From positions 1 through 56,871 of the forward strand of contig DASUDS010000015.1 of assembly GCA_036275455.1 (NCBI GenBank): DNA of 56,871 nucleotides, read 5' to 3'. This document shows, one piece after another, positions 10,420 to 18,471 of the stretch (positions are counted from its first letter, which is position 1; each line of letters starts with the position of its first letter). The translations under genes were made by a program, and so were the position numbers. This stretch comes from Porticoccaceae bacterium (GTDB lineage: Bacteria > Pseudomonadota > Gammaproteobacteria > Pseudomonadales > Porticoccaceae). The notes beneath the pieces were generated by a model. It was not told where the DNA came from. It saw only the letters and a list, made by a program, of their open reading frames with translations, and ran no database searches.

Positions 10420-11712
10420 ATGGCGGAGGCTCCCTTGCCAGCTGACGTTCCTTTGCCAGCTGAACCTCCCTTGCCAGCTGAAGCTCCCGTGCCAACTGAA
10501 GCTCCCCTGCCCCTCGCGGAAGCCCGTTCGCGGATGCGCGACCGGGTGACCGCGGTGGAGGAAACCGAGCTGGTCCCGCTCGGCCAGCTCGCCGAGCGGA
10601 TTCTGGCCGCGCCGCTGCGTGCCGATGTCGATCTGCCGGCCGCCGACTGCTCGGCCATGGACGGCTATGCGCTGCGCCATGCCGATCTGCTGCCGGGTGC
10701 GCGGTTGCGGCTGATCGGCACCGCGCTGGCGGGCGCCCCCTTCGCGGATCGGGTCGATGCCGGCCAGTGCGTGCGCATCACCACGGGGGCGCAGCTACCG
10801 GCCGGTACCGATACCGTGGTGATTCAGGAGGACGTGGCGCGCGAGGGCGATGCCATCGCACTGACCGCGCAGGCGCCCCAACCTGGGGCCAATGTCCGCC
10901 GCACCGGAGAGGATATCGCCCGCGGCGAGCTGCTGCTGCCCGCCGGGCGGCGGCTGGGTGCGATCGAGATCGGCGTTCTGGCCACCCTGGGTCGGGCGCA
11001 GGCTCGGGTGCGGCGCCGGGTCCGGGTGGCCCTGCTGGCCAGCGGTGACGAACTGCGCCCGCCGGGTTCCCTGCTCGAACCGGGACAGATTCACGACAGC
11101 AACCGCTATGTGCTGGCGGCGATGCTGGCGCGGCTGGGGGTGGACGTGCGCGATTTCGGCATCGTTCCCGATCGCCCGGAAGCACTGCGCGCGGCGTTTC
11201 GCGCTGCCGCCGCGGAGGCCGATCTGGTACTCAGCTGCGGCGGTGCGTCGGTGGGCGAGGCCGATTTCACCCTGGAGATCTTGCGCGAGCTGGGCGAGGT
11301 GGCGTTCTGGAAGGTCGCCATAAAACCCGGCAAGCCGTTCATCTTTGGCCGCCTCGGCAATGCCCTGCTGTGCGGTCTGCCCGGCAATCCGGTATCGGCA
11401 TTGGTGACTTTTCACCAGCTCGCGGTCCCGGTGATTCGCGGCCTGCAGGGTGCGGAAGATCCCGAGCCGCTGCGGCTGGTCGCCCGCACCACGGTGCCGT
11501 TGCGGCCCAATCGCTCGCGGCTCGAACTGTTGCGCGGGCATCTGCAGCGCGATGTCGCCGGGGATCTGCGGGTTACCCCGGACCGGCAGCAGAGTTCGGC
11601 GGCGTTTGCGGCGCTGGCGCGTTGCAATGCCTTCATCGAGGTGCCGATGGGCACCGCAGAGATCGCCGCCGGAGCCGCGGTATCGGTGCTGCCGTTCGAC
11701 GCATTGTTGTGA
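10420..11712 (+). CDS. moeA: molybdopterin molybdotransferase MoeA
   Basis: ...LAAPLRADVDLPAADCSAMDGYALRHADL...ITTGAQLPAGTDTVVIQED...GGASVGEADF...KPGKPFIFG are canonical MoeA motifs. The start is ATG at 10420 (the ORF track uses TTG at 10411). The N-terminus is repeat-encoded. Confidence 0.9.
   Translation: MAEAPLPADVPLPAEPPLPAEAPVPTEAPLPLAEARSRMRDRVTAVEETELVPLGQLAERILAAPLRADVDLPAADCSAMDGYALRHADLLPGARLRLIGTALAGAPFADRVDAGQCVRITTGAQLPAGTDTVVIQEDVAREGDAIALTAQAPQPGANVRRTGEDIARGELLLPAGRRLGAIEIGVLATLGRAQARVRRRVRVALLASGDELRPPGSLLEPGQIHDSNRYVLAAMLARLGVDVRDFGIVPDRPEALRAAFRAAAAEADLVLSCGGASVGEADFTLEILRELGEVAFWKVAIKPGKPFIFGRLGNALLCGLPGNPVSALVTFHQLAVPVIRGLQGAEDPEPLRLVARTTVPLRPNRSRLELLRGHLQRDVAGDLRVTPDRQQSSAAFAALARCNAFIEVPMGTAEIAAGAAVSVLPFDALL
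10426..10515 (+). repeat. 18-nt x5 in-frame tandem repeat encoding the MoeA N-terminal (P-L-P-A-E-A)n tail
   Basis: gaggctcccttgccagct / gacgttcctttgccagct / gaacctcccttgccagct / gaagctcccgtgccaact / gaagctcccctgcccctc. Confidence 0.85.
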
Positions 11713-11930
11713 CTTTCGGTTCGCAGGCGATTTTCGGTTCGCAGGCGATTTTCGATTCGCTGGTGACTTGCGATCCGTTTACGATTTCCGCTTCGCTTGC
11801 GACTTCCGGTTCGATGGTAACTTTCGATTCGCTTGCAACTTTCGGTCGGCCGGTGACCGTCGATCCGCTGGTGACTGTCGATCGCTCGTGACCGTCGATC
11901 AGTTTGTGATGGGCGAATGGTTTGTGACCG
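11711..11930. repeat. 12-13 copies of an 18-nt degenerate tandem repeat starting at the moeA stop codon
   Basis: The units start gactttcggttcgcaggc / gattttcggttcgcaggc / gattttcgattcgctggt / gacttgcgatccgtttac and run to gaccgtcgatcagtttgt / gatgggcgaatggtttgt. The 18-nt phase is kept throughout except for one 17-nt unit. Confidence 0.9.
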
Positions 11931-12049
11931 GCGCCCGGTATTGTTGCTTTTTACCCAACGATCACCTCCACTAGCGGTAACCCGGTTTATTGATCTGGCG
12001 CAACCGCGCCGGGTTCATCCAAGGCTTAATAACCGCGAGGAGCTTCATC

Positions 12050-13207
12050 ATGAACAGCATGCGCATGCCCGTCGTTTCCGCCGACTCCCATATCGTCGAG
12101 CCGCCGGAGTGTTACCGCGATTACATCGATCCGGCCTACCGCGACCGGGCACCCCATCTGGTGGACGACGGCAAGGGCGGCGACGCCTATGCCATCGAGG
12201 GCTACAAGCGCCCACTGGAAATCGGCCTGATGTCGGCCGCCGGCATTCCCGACGAGGTGATGCCCAAGGTCGCCCCGCACCGCCGGTTCCACGCCATGCA
12301 CCAGAGCGGCTGGGATCCGGCGACCCGGGTCGCCGACCAGCAGCGCGATGGCGTCGATGCCGAAATCATCTACGCCTCCGTGGGCATGGTGCTGTGCAAC
12401 CTCAAGGATCCGCTCTACAAGGATGCCTGCTTCAGGGCCTACAACCGCTGGTTGCAGGAATATTGCGCGGCGGCGCCGAACAACCTGTTCGGCCTGGGCC
12501 AGACCGCGATACTGTCGGTGGATTCCGCCATCGAGGATTTTCGCCGCATCAAGGAAGCGGGTTTCGTCGGCGTGATGATGCCGGGCCGGCCGGTCGAGGA
12601 AGACTACGACCACCCCATGTATGACGCCCTGTGGGAATGCGCCACCGACCTCGACCTGCCGCTGTGCTTCCACATCCTGACCTCGAAGGAGAGCGCTGCC
12701 TCCCTCACCGAGTATCGCGGCCACAAGCTCAACAGCTTCCTGAAGCTGATTCGCGGCATTCAGGATCTGGTCGGACTGTTCGTGTTGGGCGGGGTGTTCG
12801 AGCGCCATCCCAAACTCAAGTTCGTCGGTGCCGAAGGCGACGCCGGCTGGCTGCCCCACTTCATGCACCGCATGAACCGCGCCGCCTACCGTCACGGCCA
12901 CGGCAAGCACGGCCCGGTGCTGCCGCGCCCGCCGAGCGAGTACATCCGCGAGAACGTCTGGCTCACCTTCCAGGACGACTGGGAGGCCTTCGCCTGTGCG
13001 CATCGGATGAACTCCAAGCGGCTGCTGTGGGCCAATGACTTCCCGCACAGCGATTCCACCTGGCCCTGGTCGCAGGACATGATCGACCGCCACACCCAGG
13101 GCGTGCCGCGGGAAGTGCGCGATCAGGCCATGGGGCTGAACTGCATCGAGCTGTTCAACCTGCCGATCCCGATCCCCGGGGCCGCGCAGGCCCGGGCTGG
13201 CGCCTAG
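12050..13207 (+). CDS. amidohydrolase-2 family protein (ACMSD-like metal-dependent hydrolase/decarboxylase)
   Basis: MNSMRMPVVSADSHIVEPPECYRDYIDPAYRDRAPHL...; the SADSH metal-binding start is typical of PF04909-type proteins. The ATG at 12050 is preceded by gcgagga. Confidence 0.8.
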   Translation: MNSMRMPVVSADSHIVEPPECYRDYIDPAYRDRAPHLVDDGKGGDAYAIEGYKRPLEIGLMSAAGIPDEVMPKVAPHRRFHAMHQSGWDPATRVADQQRDGVDAEIIYASVGMVLCNLKDPLYKDACFRAYNRWLQEYCAAAPNNLFGLGQTAILSVDSAIEDFRRIKEAGFVGVMMPGRPVEEDYDHPMYDALWECATDLDLPLCFHILTSKESAASLTEYRGHKLNSFLKLIRGIQDLVGLFVLGGVFERHPKLKFVGAEGDAGWLPHFMHRMNRAAYRHGHGKHGPVLPRPPSEYIRENVWLTFQDDWEAFACAHRMNSKRLLWANDFPHSDSTWPWSQDMIDRHTQGVPREVRDQAMGLNCIELFNLPIPIPGAAQARAGA

Positions 13208-13214
13208 CGAACGC

Positions 13215-13249
13215 TCGGCCCCGCGCTGGCTGGTACGGCGCGGGGCCGA
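13215..13249 (+). other. intergenic 12-bp GC stem-loop without a U-tract
   Basis: tcggccccgcgc (13215-13226) pairs perfectly with gcgcggggccga (13238-13249) across an 11-nt loop. It lies between the amidohydrolase and LLM genes. It may be an mRNA-stabilising or weak terminator element. Confidence 0.4.
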
Positions 13250-13287
13250 AGGAAATCTGTCATCAAGCCGTACCAGAGGAGTCCGCC

Positions 13288-14625
13288 ATGAAATTCGCCT
13301 ACTTCACCGAACGCCCCTACCGCCATATCGACGAGAACGTCGTGCTGGCCAACAAGGCGTTCTTCGGCGTATCCAACCGTCACCTGGATCGCAAGAAGGC
13401 TGCCCACGACTACAACCAGTTCATCGACGAATACTGCCTGGCCGAGGATGTCGGTTTCGATGGCGTGGCGCTCAACGAGCACCATGGCAACCCCTATTGC
13501 ATGGGCAACGTGATCAACATCGAGGCCGCAGTGCTGGCGCGCGCCACGCGCAAGGCCAAGATCATCCTGGTGGGCAATCCGCTGCCGGTGATCAAGCACC
13601 CGCTGCGCATCGCCGAGGAACTGGCCGAGATCGACCTCATCTCCGGTGGCCGCCTGGTGGCCGGCTGGGTACGCGGCGCGGGCTCGGAGCAGTTCTTCAA
13701 CAACGCCAACCCGGCCTACAACCGCGAGCTGTTCAACGAGGCCCACGACTTTATCATCCAGGCCTGGACCCGGCCCGGCCCCTGGCGCTACGAGGGCAAG
13801 CACTTCCACTACCGCCACGTGAACCCCTGGGCACTGCCGTTGCAGGAGCCCTATCCGCAGCAGTGGATTCCCGGCGTGCTGTCGCCCGAGACGGTGATCT
13901 GGTGCGCCGAGAAACGCTATCCCTACGTGGGCCTGGGTTCCGCCCTGGGGCCGACCTGCGATCTGTGGGACATGTACGCCGATACCGCGGCGGAACTGGG
14001 TTATCAGGCCGGACCGGAGAACTTCGGCTACCTGCTGCCGGTGTTCGTCTCCGACAACGAGGAGGAGGCGCAGCAGATCGGCCGCGGCTACGCCTTCGGT
14101 GGTGGCCAGAACGGTTTCAGCCGGCCCGAGCACACCCTGCCGCCGGGCTACAACTCCAAGACCGCGATCCGCATCCTGGCCAAGGCGCCTGGCGGTTCCT
14201 GGCTCGGCGTGAGCAAGGACAAGCTGGCCGCGGCGCGCAGCGGCAAATGGCAGGAGGAGCAGAATTTCGACATGATCAAGGAGAAGCTCTGGAACTCTTA
14301 CCAGCGCGCCCAGGAGAACCTGCAGATCGTGGTGGGTACGCCCAGGCAGGTGATCCCCAAGATCAAGGCGATTCTCAGCGTGATCCGCCCAGGCTCGTTC
14401 ACCTTCTTCAATGTGCAGGGCGTCGCCAGCGACCAGCAGCGCAACCGCTCCATCGAGCTGATCGGCAGGGAAGTGCTGCCCGAGCTGCGCGAATACGCCA
14501 GGGAGATCGGGCTGGTGGATTCCTTCGAGCGTGCCCCGGGCTCGGTCAAGCTCGCGCCTGGCACCAAGCGGGCGCCGGTGTGCGATCGCGAAGGCATGGC
14601 CAACCTGGGATTGCGTGTCTCCTGA
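13288..14625 (+). CDS. LLM-class flavin-dependent oxidoreductase
   Basis: 445 aa. MKFAYFTERPY...FDGVALNEHHGNPYCMG...LISGGRLVAGWVRG is luciferase-like monooxygenase-like. An AGGAG Shine-Dalgarno lies upstream. Confidence 0.8.
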   Translation: MKFAYFTERPYRHIDENVVLANKAFFGVSNRHLDRKKAAHDYNQFIDEYCLAEDVGFDGVALNEHHGNPYCMGNVINIEAAVLARATRKAKIILVGNPLPVIKHPLRIAEELAEIDLISGGRLVAGWVRGAGSEQFFNNANPAYNRELFNEAHDFIIQAWTRPGPWRYEGKHFHYRHVNPWALPLQEPYPQQWIPGVLSPETVIWCAEKRYPYVGLGSALGPTCDLWDMYADTAAELGYQAGPENFGYLLPVFVSDNEEEAQQIGRGYAFGGGQNGFSRPEHTLPPGYNSKTAIRILAKAPGGSWLGVSKDKLAAARSGKWQEEQNFDMIKEKLWNSYQRAQENLQIVVGTPRQVIPKIKAILSVIRPGSFTFFNVQGVASDQQRNRSIELIGREVLPELREYAREIGLVDSFERAPGSVKLAPGTKRAPVCDREGMANLGLRVS

Positions 14626-14651
14626 CGGCGGCTGAGCCGCACCGAAGGGCA

Positions 14652-14684
14652 AGAAGGGCGGCATTGCCGCCCTTCTGCTTTTTC
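14652..14684 (+). terminator. rho-independent terminator
   Basis: There is a perfect 11-bp stem, agaagggcggc-att-gccgcccttct (14652-14676), followed by gcttttt. Confidence 0.85.
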
Positions 14685-14730
14685 GGAGTCCTGGGGTAAG
14701 GTGCCGCCTTTCGATTCCGGCTCGCGACCC

Positions 14731-15360
14731 ATGGCGCTGCTCGATTTCATCCTCCACGTCGATCGCCACCTGCTCGAACTGCTGGGCCAGTACGGGCTGT
14801 GGCTGTACCCGATCCTGTTCCTGATCGTGTTCGTCGAAACCGGTCTGGTGGTGATGCCCTTCCTGCCCGGCGACAGCCTGCTGTTCGCCGCCGGCGCAAT
14901 GGCCGGCGTCGGCAGTCTGGACCCCTGGCTGCTGGGCGGCAGCCTGTTCGTCGCCGCGGTGCTTGGCGACAGCCTCAATTACTACATTGGCAGCCGCCTT
15001 GGCGCCGCAGTCTACGCGCGCGATTCGCGCTGGATCCGCCGCGACCATCTCGATCAGGCACGGGCATTCTTCGAGCGCCACGGCGGCAAGGCGATCGTGA
15101 TCGCGCGCTTCGCGCCCTTCCTGCGCACCTTCGTGCCCTTCGTGGCCGGCGTCGGCCGGATGCCCTACGGGTACTTTCTGGCGTGCAATCTGCTGGGCGC
15201 CCTGGCCTGGGTGGGAGCGTTCGTGGGGCTGGGCTACTTTTTCGGCAATCTGCCGGGTGTGAAACGGCATTTCACCTGGGTGCTGCTCGGCATCATCCTG
15301 GTCAGCCTGCTGCCCGCCGTGGTGGCCTGGCTGCGCGCCCGGCAAGGTAGCCGGGGCTAG
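14731..15360 (+). CDS. DedA-family inner membrane protein
   Basis: ...LFLIVFVETGLVVMPFLPGDSLLFAAGA...GGKAIVIARFAPFLRTFVPFVAG... carries DedA/SNARE-associated motifs. The start is probably ATG at 14731 (the ORF track uses GTG at 14701). Confidence 0.88.
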   Translation: MALLDFILHVDRHLLELLGQYGLWLYPILFLIVFVETGLVVMPFLPGDSLLFAAGAMAGVGSLDPWLLGGSLFVAAVLGDSLNYYIGSRLGAAVYARDSRWIRRDHLDQARAFFERHGGKAIVIARFAPFLRTFVPFVAGVGRMPYGYFLACNLLGALAWVGAFVGLGYFFGNLPGVKRHFTWVLLGIILVSLLPAVVAWLRARQGSRG

Positions 15361-15469
15361 CGCAGCGTAGCCGTAGCCGCGGAACTGTCGCTGTCGAAGC
15401 GACAATTGCTTTACCATTCATCGGAATCCACAGTCCCCTGAAACCAATAACCCCAACGAGGAGAAAGCC

Positions 15470-15757
15470 ATGATCGGTGTAATCGCAACCCTGAAAATCC
15501 AGGACGGCAAGCAGGCCGGCTTCGAGGCCCTGATGAAGGAGCTGACCGCCGCGGTGCGCGCCAATGAACCCGCCTGCACCTTCTATCAGCTGCACAAGAC
15601 CGACGATCCCACGGTTTACGTGATGCTCGAGCAGTACGGGAGCAAGGCCGATCTCGCCACCCACCGCGAGACCCCGCATTTCAAGACCCTGGGTGGCCGG
15701 CTCGGCGAGTTCCTGGCCGCGGCGCCTGGTATCCAGATCATGCCTGCCGTGGTCTGA
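15470..15757 (+). CDS. antibiotic-biosynthesis-monooxygenase (ABM) family protein / putative quinol monooxygenase
   Basis: 95 aa. MIGVIATLKIQDGKQAGFEALMKEL...YVMLEQYGSKADLATHRETPHFK is YgiN-like. A GAGGAG Shine-Dalgarno lies upstream. Confidence 0.85.
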   Translation: MIGVIATLKIQDGKQAGFEALMKELTAAVRANEPACTFYQLHKTDDPTVYVMLEQYGSKADLATHRETPHFKTLGGRLGEFLAAAPGIQIMPAVV

Positions 15758-15854
15758 ACCAAACGCGCAAGCTCCCACAAGGGATCCGCCGCCGCGCGGC
15801 GGCTCCCTTGCCCCCGCTGCTCCATTCCCGATGGCAAATCCCCAAGGAGTACTC

Positions 15855-16310
15855 ATGGCAGAACTGCTGACCCCCGAAATCAAGGCCCGGATCGGCACCG
15901 CCAGTCCCGAGATCCGCGTCGAAGTCACCCGGCGCGACATCCAGAAATACGCCGTCTCCACCGGCCAGCGCGCGCGCAAGTATCTGGATGGCGACGAAGC
16001 GCCGCCGCTGTTCCACTTCGGCTATTCGATGGAAATCCTGCCGCCCGAGCAGCTGCGCAAGGACGGCATCGCCGAAGACAAGCTGATCCCGCCGCTGCCG
16101 CTGAAGCGCGTCATGGCCGGCAACTCCGACACCACCTATCACCGGCCGATCCGCCCCGGCGACAAGCTGGTCATCACCCGGCGGCTCAAGGACATCTACG
16201 AGAAGGCCGGCAAGAGCGGCCCGTTGATCTTCGTGGTCACCGAGACCGAAGTGAAGACCGAGGCCGGAGAACCGGTGCTCAACGAAATCACCTCGCTCAT
16301 TGCGAGATAG
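15855..16310 (+). CDS. hotdog-fold (MaoC/FAS1-like dehydratase N-terminal type) protein, subunit 1 of a pair
   Basis: The internal ATG at 15855 is preceded by AAGGAG. MAELLTPEIKARIGTASPEIRVEVTRRDIQKYAVSTGQ...PLFHF is typical of the non-catalytic partner of two-gene hotdog hydratases. Confidence 0.75.
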   Translation: MAELLTPEIKARIGTASPEIRVEVTRRDIQKYAVSTGQRARKYLDGDEAPPLFHFGYSMEILPPEQLRKDGIAEDKLIPPLPLKRVMAGNSDTTYHRPIRPGDKLVITRRLKDIYEKAGKSGPLIFVVTETEVKTEAGEPVLNEITSLIAR

Positions 16311-16427
16311 CGTTAGCGGATTGCGAAATAGCTTGAGCGGATACGAGATAGCAGCCTGATTGAGAGATGGCCATCTGATTGCGAGATGGCCGTCGGATGG
16401 TAGATAGCCACCTGATTGCGAGATGAC
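16297..16427. repeat. 7 copies of an 18-22 nt unit spanning the stop of hotdog gene 1 and the start of hotdog gene 2
   Basis: tcattgcgagatagcgttagcg / gattgcgaaatagcttgagcg / gatacgagatagcagcct / gattgagagatggccatct / gattgcgagatggccgtcg / gatggtagatagccacct / gattgcgagATGAcc. Confidence 0.9.
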
Positions 16428-16839
16428 CATGCCCAAATTCGAAGACATCCAGCCCGGCGATGCGCTGCCCAGCCGCGACCACACCGCCGGCATCGTCCAA
16501 CTGTTCATGTACAACGCGGCGATCTGGAACCCGCACCGGATCCATTTCGACCACGCCTATGCCACCCAGGAAGAGGGCTATCCGGGCATCGTGCTCGACG
16601 GCCCGTTGCAGGGCGACTGGATCGGCCAGGTGGTCGCCGACTGGATCGGTGATGACGCCACGCTGGTTTCCTTCGGCTACGCCAACCGCCAGGCCGCCTT
16701 CCTCGGCGAGACCATGAGCGCGGGCGGCGTGGTGGAGTCGAAGGATGACGCCTCGCGCGAGGTCAAGGTCAGCCTGTTCCTGAAAAACGCCCAGGGTGAG
16801 ATCACCATTCCGGGGCATGCCCTGGTGCGGTTTCGTTGA
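16423..16839 (+). CDS. MaoC-like hotdog-fold dehydratase, subunit 2 of a pair
   Basis: 138 aa. ...FMYNAAIWNPHRIHFDHAYATQEEGYPGIVLDGPLQ... is a variant hydratase-2-like NPxxIHxD segment followed by a hotdog core. Confidence 0.75.
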   Translation: MTMPKFEDIQPGDALPSRDHTAGIVQLFMYNAAIWNPHRIHFDHAYATQEEGYPGIVLDGPLQGDWIGQVVADWIGDDATLVSFGYANRQAAFLGETMSAGGVVESKDDASREVKVSLFLKNAQGEITIPGHALVRFR

Positions 16840-16890
16840 CCGCGTCGGACAGCAAATCGCGGCCGGCCGCGGCCTAGTGACGGTCTCCCA

Positions 16891-17622
16891 ATGACCTATT
16901 GTCTCGGCATCTGTGTCGACCAAGGGCTGGTGCTGGCTTCCGACAGCCGCACCAGCGCCGGGGTCGACTACGCGTCCCTGTACAGCAAGATGCATGTGCT
17001 GCAACCGGCGCCGGACCGCCTGTTCGTGGTGCTCAGCGCCGGCAATCTGGCGCTCAGTCAACAGCTGCTGAGCTATCTGGAGCGCGATCTCGCCTACCCC
17101 GGCACCGCGGGCAACCTCAACAGCGCGCGCTATCTGTTCGAGGCCGCCGAGTACATCGGCGCCACCAATTTGCTGATCCAGAATCAGCACGGCCCGGCGC
17201 TGCGCGCCAGTGGCCAGGGACCGGAGGTCACGCTGATCCTGGGCGGCCAGATCGACGGCGAAGCCCCCGGGCTGTTCATCATCTATCCCCAGGGCAACTA
17301 CATGACGGCGTCCGCCCAGACGCCCTTCCTGCAGATCGGCGAGATCAAGTACGGGAAACCGATGCTGGATCGCGTCGCCCGCCCGGACCTGGCGCTGGAA
17401 GACGCGGCCCAGCTGTCCCTGGTCAGTCTGGATGGCGCCGCGCGCTCCAACATCTCGGTGGGGCCGCCCTACGAGGTCGCCCTCTACCAGCGCGACAGTC
17501 TGGCGCTGCAACGCCGGTTCCGCTTCGAGGGCGACGATCCCTTTCTCTCCCAACTGAGTGATGCCTGGCACGGCAAGGTCTGCGCAGCCTTTCAGCAACT
17601 ACCCCGTTTTCAGTGGTCTTGA
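16891..17622 (+). CDS. Anbu (ancestral beta-subunit) proteasome-type protease
   Basis: MTYCLGICVDQGLVLASDSRTSAGVDYASLYSKMHVL... The MTYC N-terminus (Thr2 nucleophile without propeptide), the SDSRT(N/S)AG motif and the roughly 240-aa length match the Anbu family as I remember it. Confidence 0.8.
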   Translation: MTYCLGICVDQGLVLASDSRTSAGVDYASLYSKMHVLQPAPDRLFVVLSAGNLALSQQLLSYLERDLAYPGTAGNLNSARYLFEAAEYIGATNLLIQNQHGPALRASGQGPEVTLILGGQIDGEAPGLFIIYPQGNYMTASAQTPFLQIGEIKYGKPMLDRVARPDLALEDAAQLSLVSLDGAARSNISVGPPYEVALYQRDSLALQRRFRFEGDDPFLSQLSDAWHGKVCAAFQQLPRFQWS

Positions 17623-17853
17623 GTACCGCGGCGCGGTTCAATCGCCGCCGCCCCACAGCCCCGCCGAACCGCCTCGGCGCGCTTCATCTTCTTGTCGGAA
17701 TGTGGCGTTACACTCGGGCCATGGCATGGGAGTTGCTGTCCAGCCAGTAGCAGCGAGACTGTAAAAGTTTCTGTGTAACCAGCTTTGATCTTCCTGTCGA
17801 ATGACGGACACTGGTGTACAAGTTGGATATTTGCTCGACACCGCCGTGCTAGC

Positions 17854-18471
17854 TCCACCGCCGGCCAGCCCACCCAGGTTGCGCTGCCCGAGGGCGTGGT
17901 ACTCGATTTTGCCTACGATCCGCGCGGCCGCCTGACCGGCGTCACCGACAACCTGGGCAACCGTGAGGAATACCGCTATGACGCCGAGGGCAACCGCATC
18001 GAGACCCTGACCCGGGATCCCGATGGCGGCCTCGCCCACCGCCAAGCCCAGGCCTTCGATTCGCTCGGCCGGCGCAGCGCCGTGATCGAGCCCGGGGAGA
18101 GCGCCGACGCGGTCACCGCCTTCAGCCACGACGGTGCCGGCAACCCGGTTGCGGTCACCGCCCCCAACGGCCACGTCACCCACAGTGCCTACGACCCGGG
18201 CCGGCGCCTCACCGGGCGCACCGACGCCCTGGGTGGCGCGACCGCGTTCGCCCACGATGCCCTGGGCCAGGTGGTCGCGGTCACCGCCCCCAACGGCGCG
18301 GCGACCGCCTTCACCCACGATCCCCTGGGCCGCCCGCTGACCGAGTCCAGCCCCGACCGCGGCGATCTGGTCTACACCCACGACGCCGACAACCGCCTGC
18401 TGACCCGCACCGATGCCCGCGGCATCACCGCCCGCTACAGCTACGATGCCCTGGACCGCCTGGAACACCTC
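17854..18471 (+). pseudogene. RHS/YD-repeat protein fragment (internal core repeats only)
   Basis: The translation of ORF 17785..18648 contains about 10 YD-type repeats: FAYDPRGRLTGVTDNLGNREEYRYDAEGNRIE...SAYDPGRRLTGRTDALGG...YTHDADNRLLTRTDARGITARYSYDALDRLEHL. There is no N-terminal domain, no PxxxxDPxGL core end and no toxin tip. It has no credible start, and the ORF runs on into the antisense of ptsP. Confidence 0.8.

Noticed and set aside
11711-11930. The possibility that the 18-nt arrays (this one and 38375-38518 and 54607-54784) are CRISPR arrays.
   Set aside because: The units are directly adjacent with no spacers. They are shorter than CRISPR repeats and diverge progressively. No cas genes or leader are present.
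17610-17873. An 87-aa minus-strand ORF in the low-GC stretch before the RHS fragment; also the idea that ctgtaaaagtttctgtgtaacc (about 17759-17780) is an IS terminal repeat.
   Set aside because: The peptide has no recognisable domain and no RBS. I found no matching inverted copy, no target duplication and no transposase anywhere in the window. I keep it only as 'low-GC junction' under the RHS finding.
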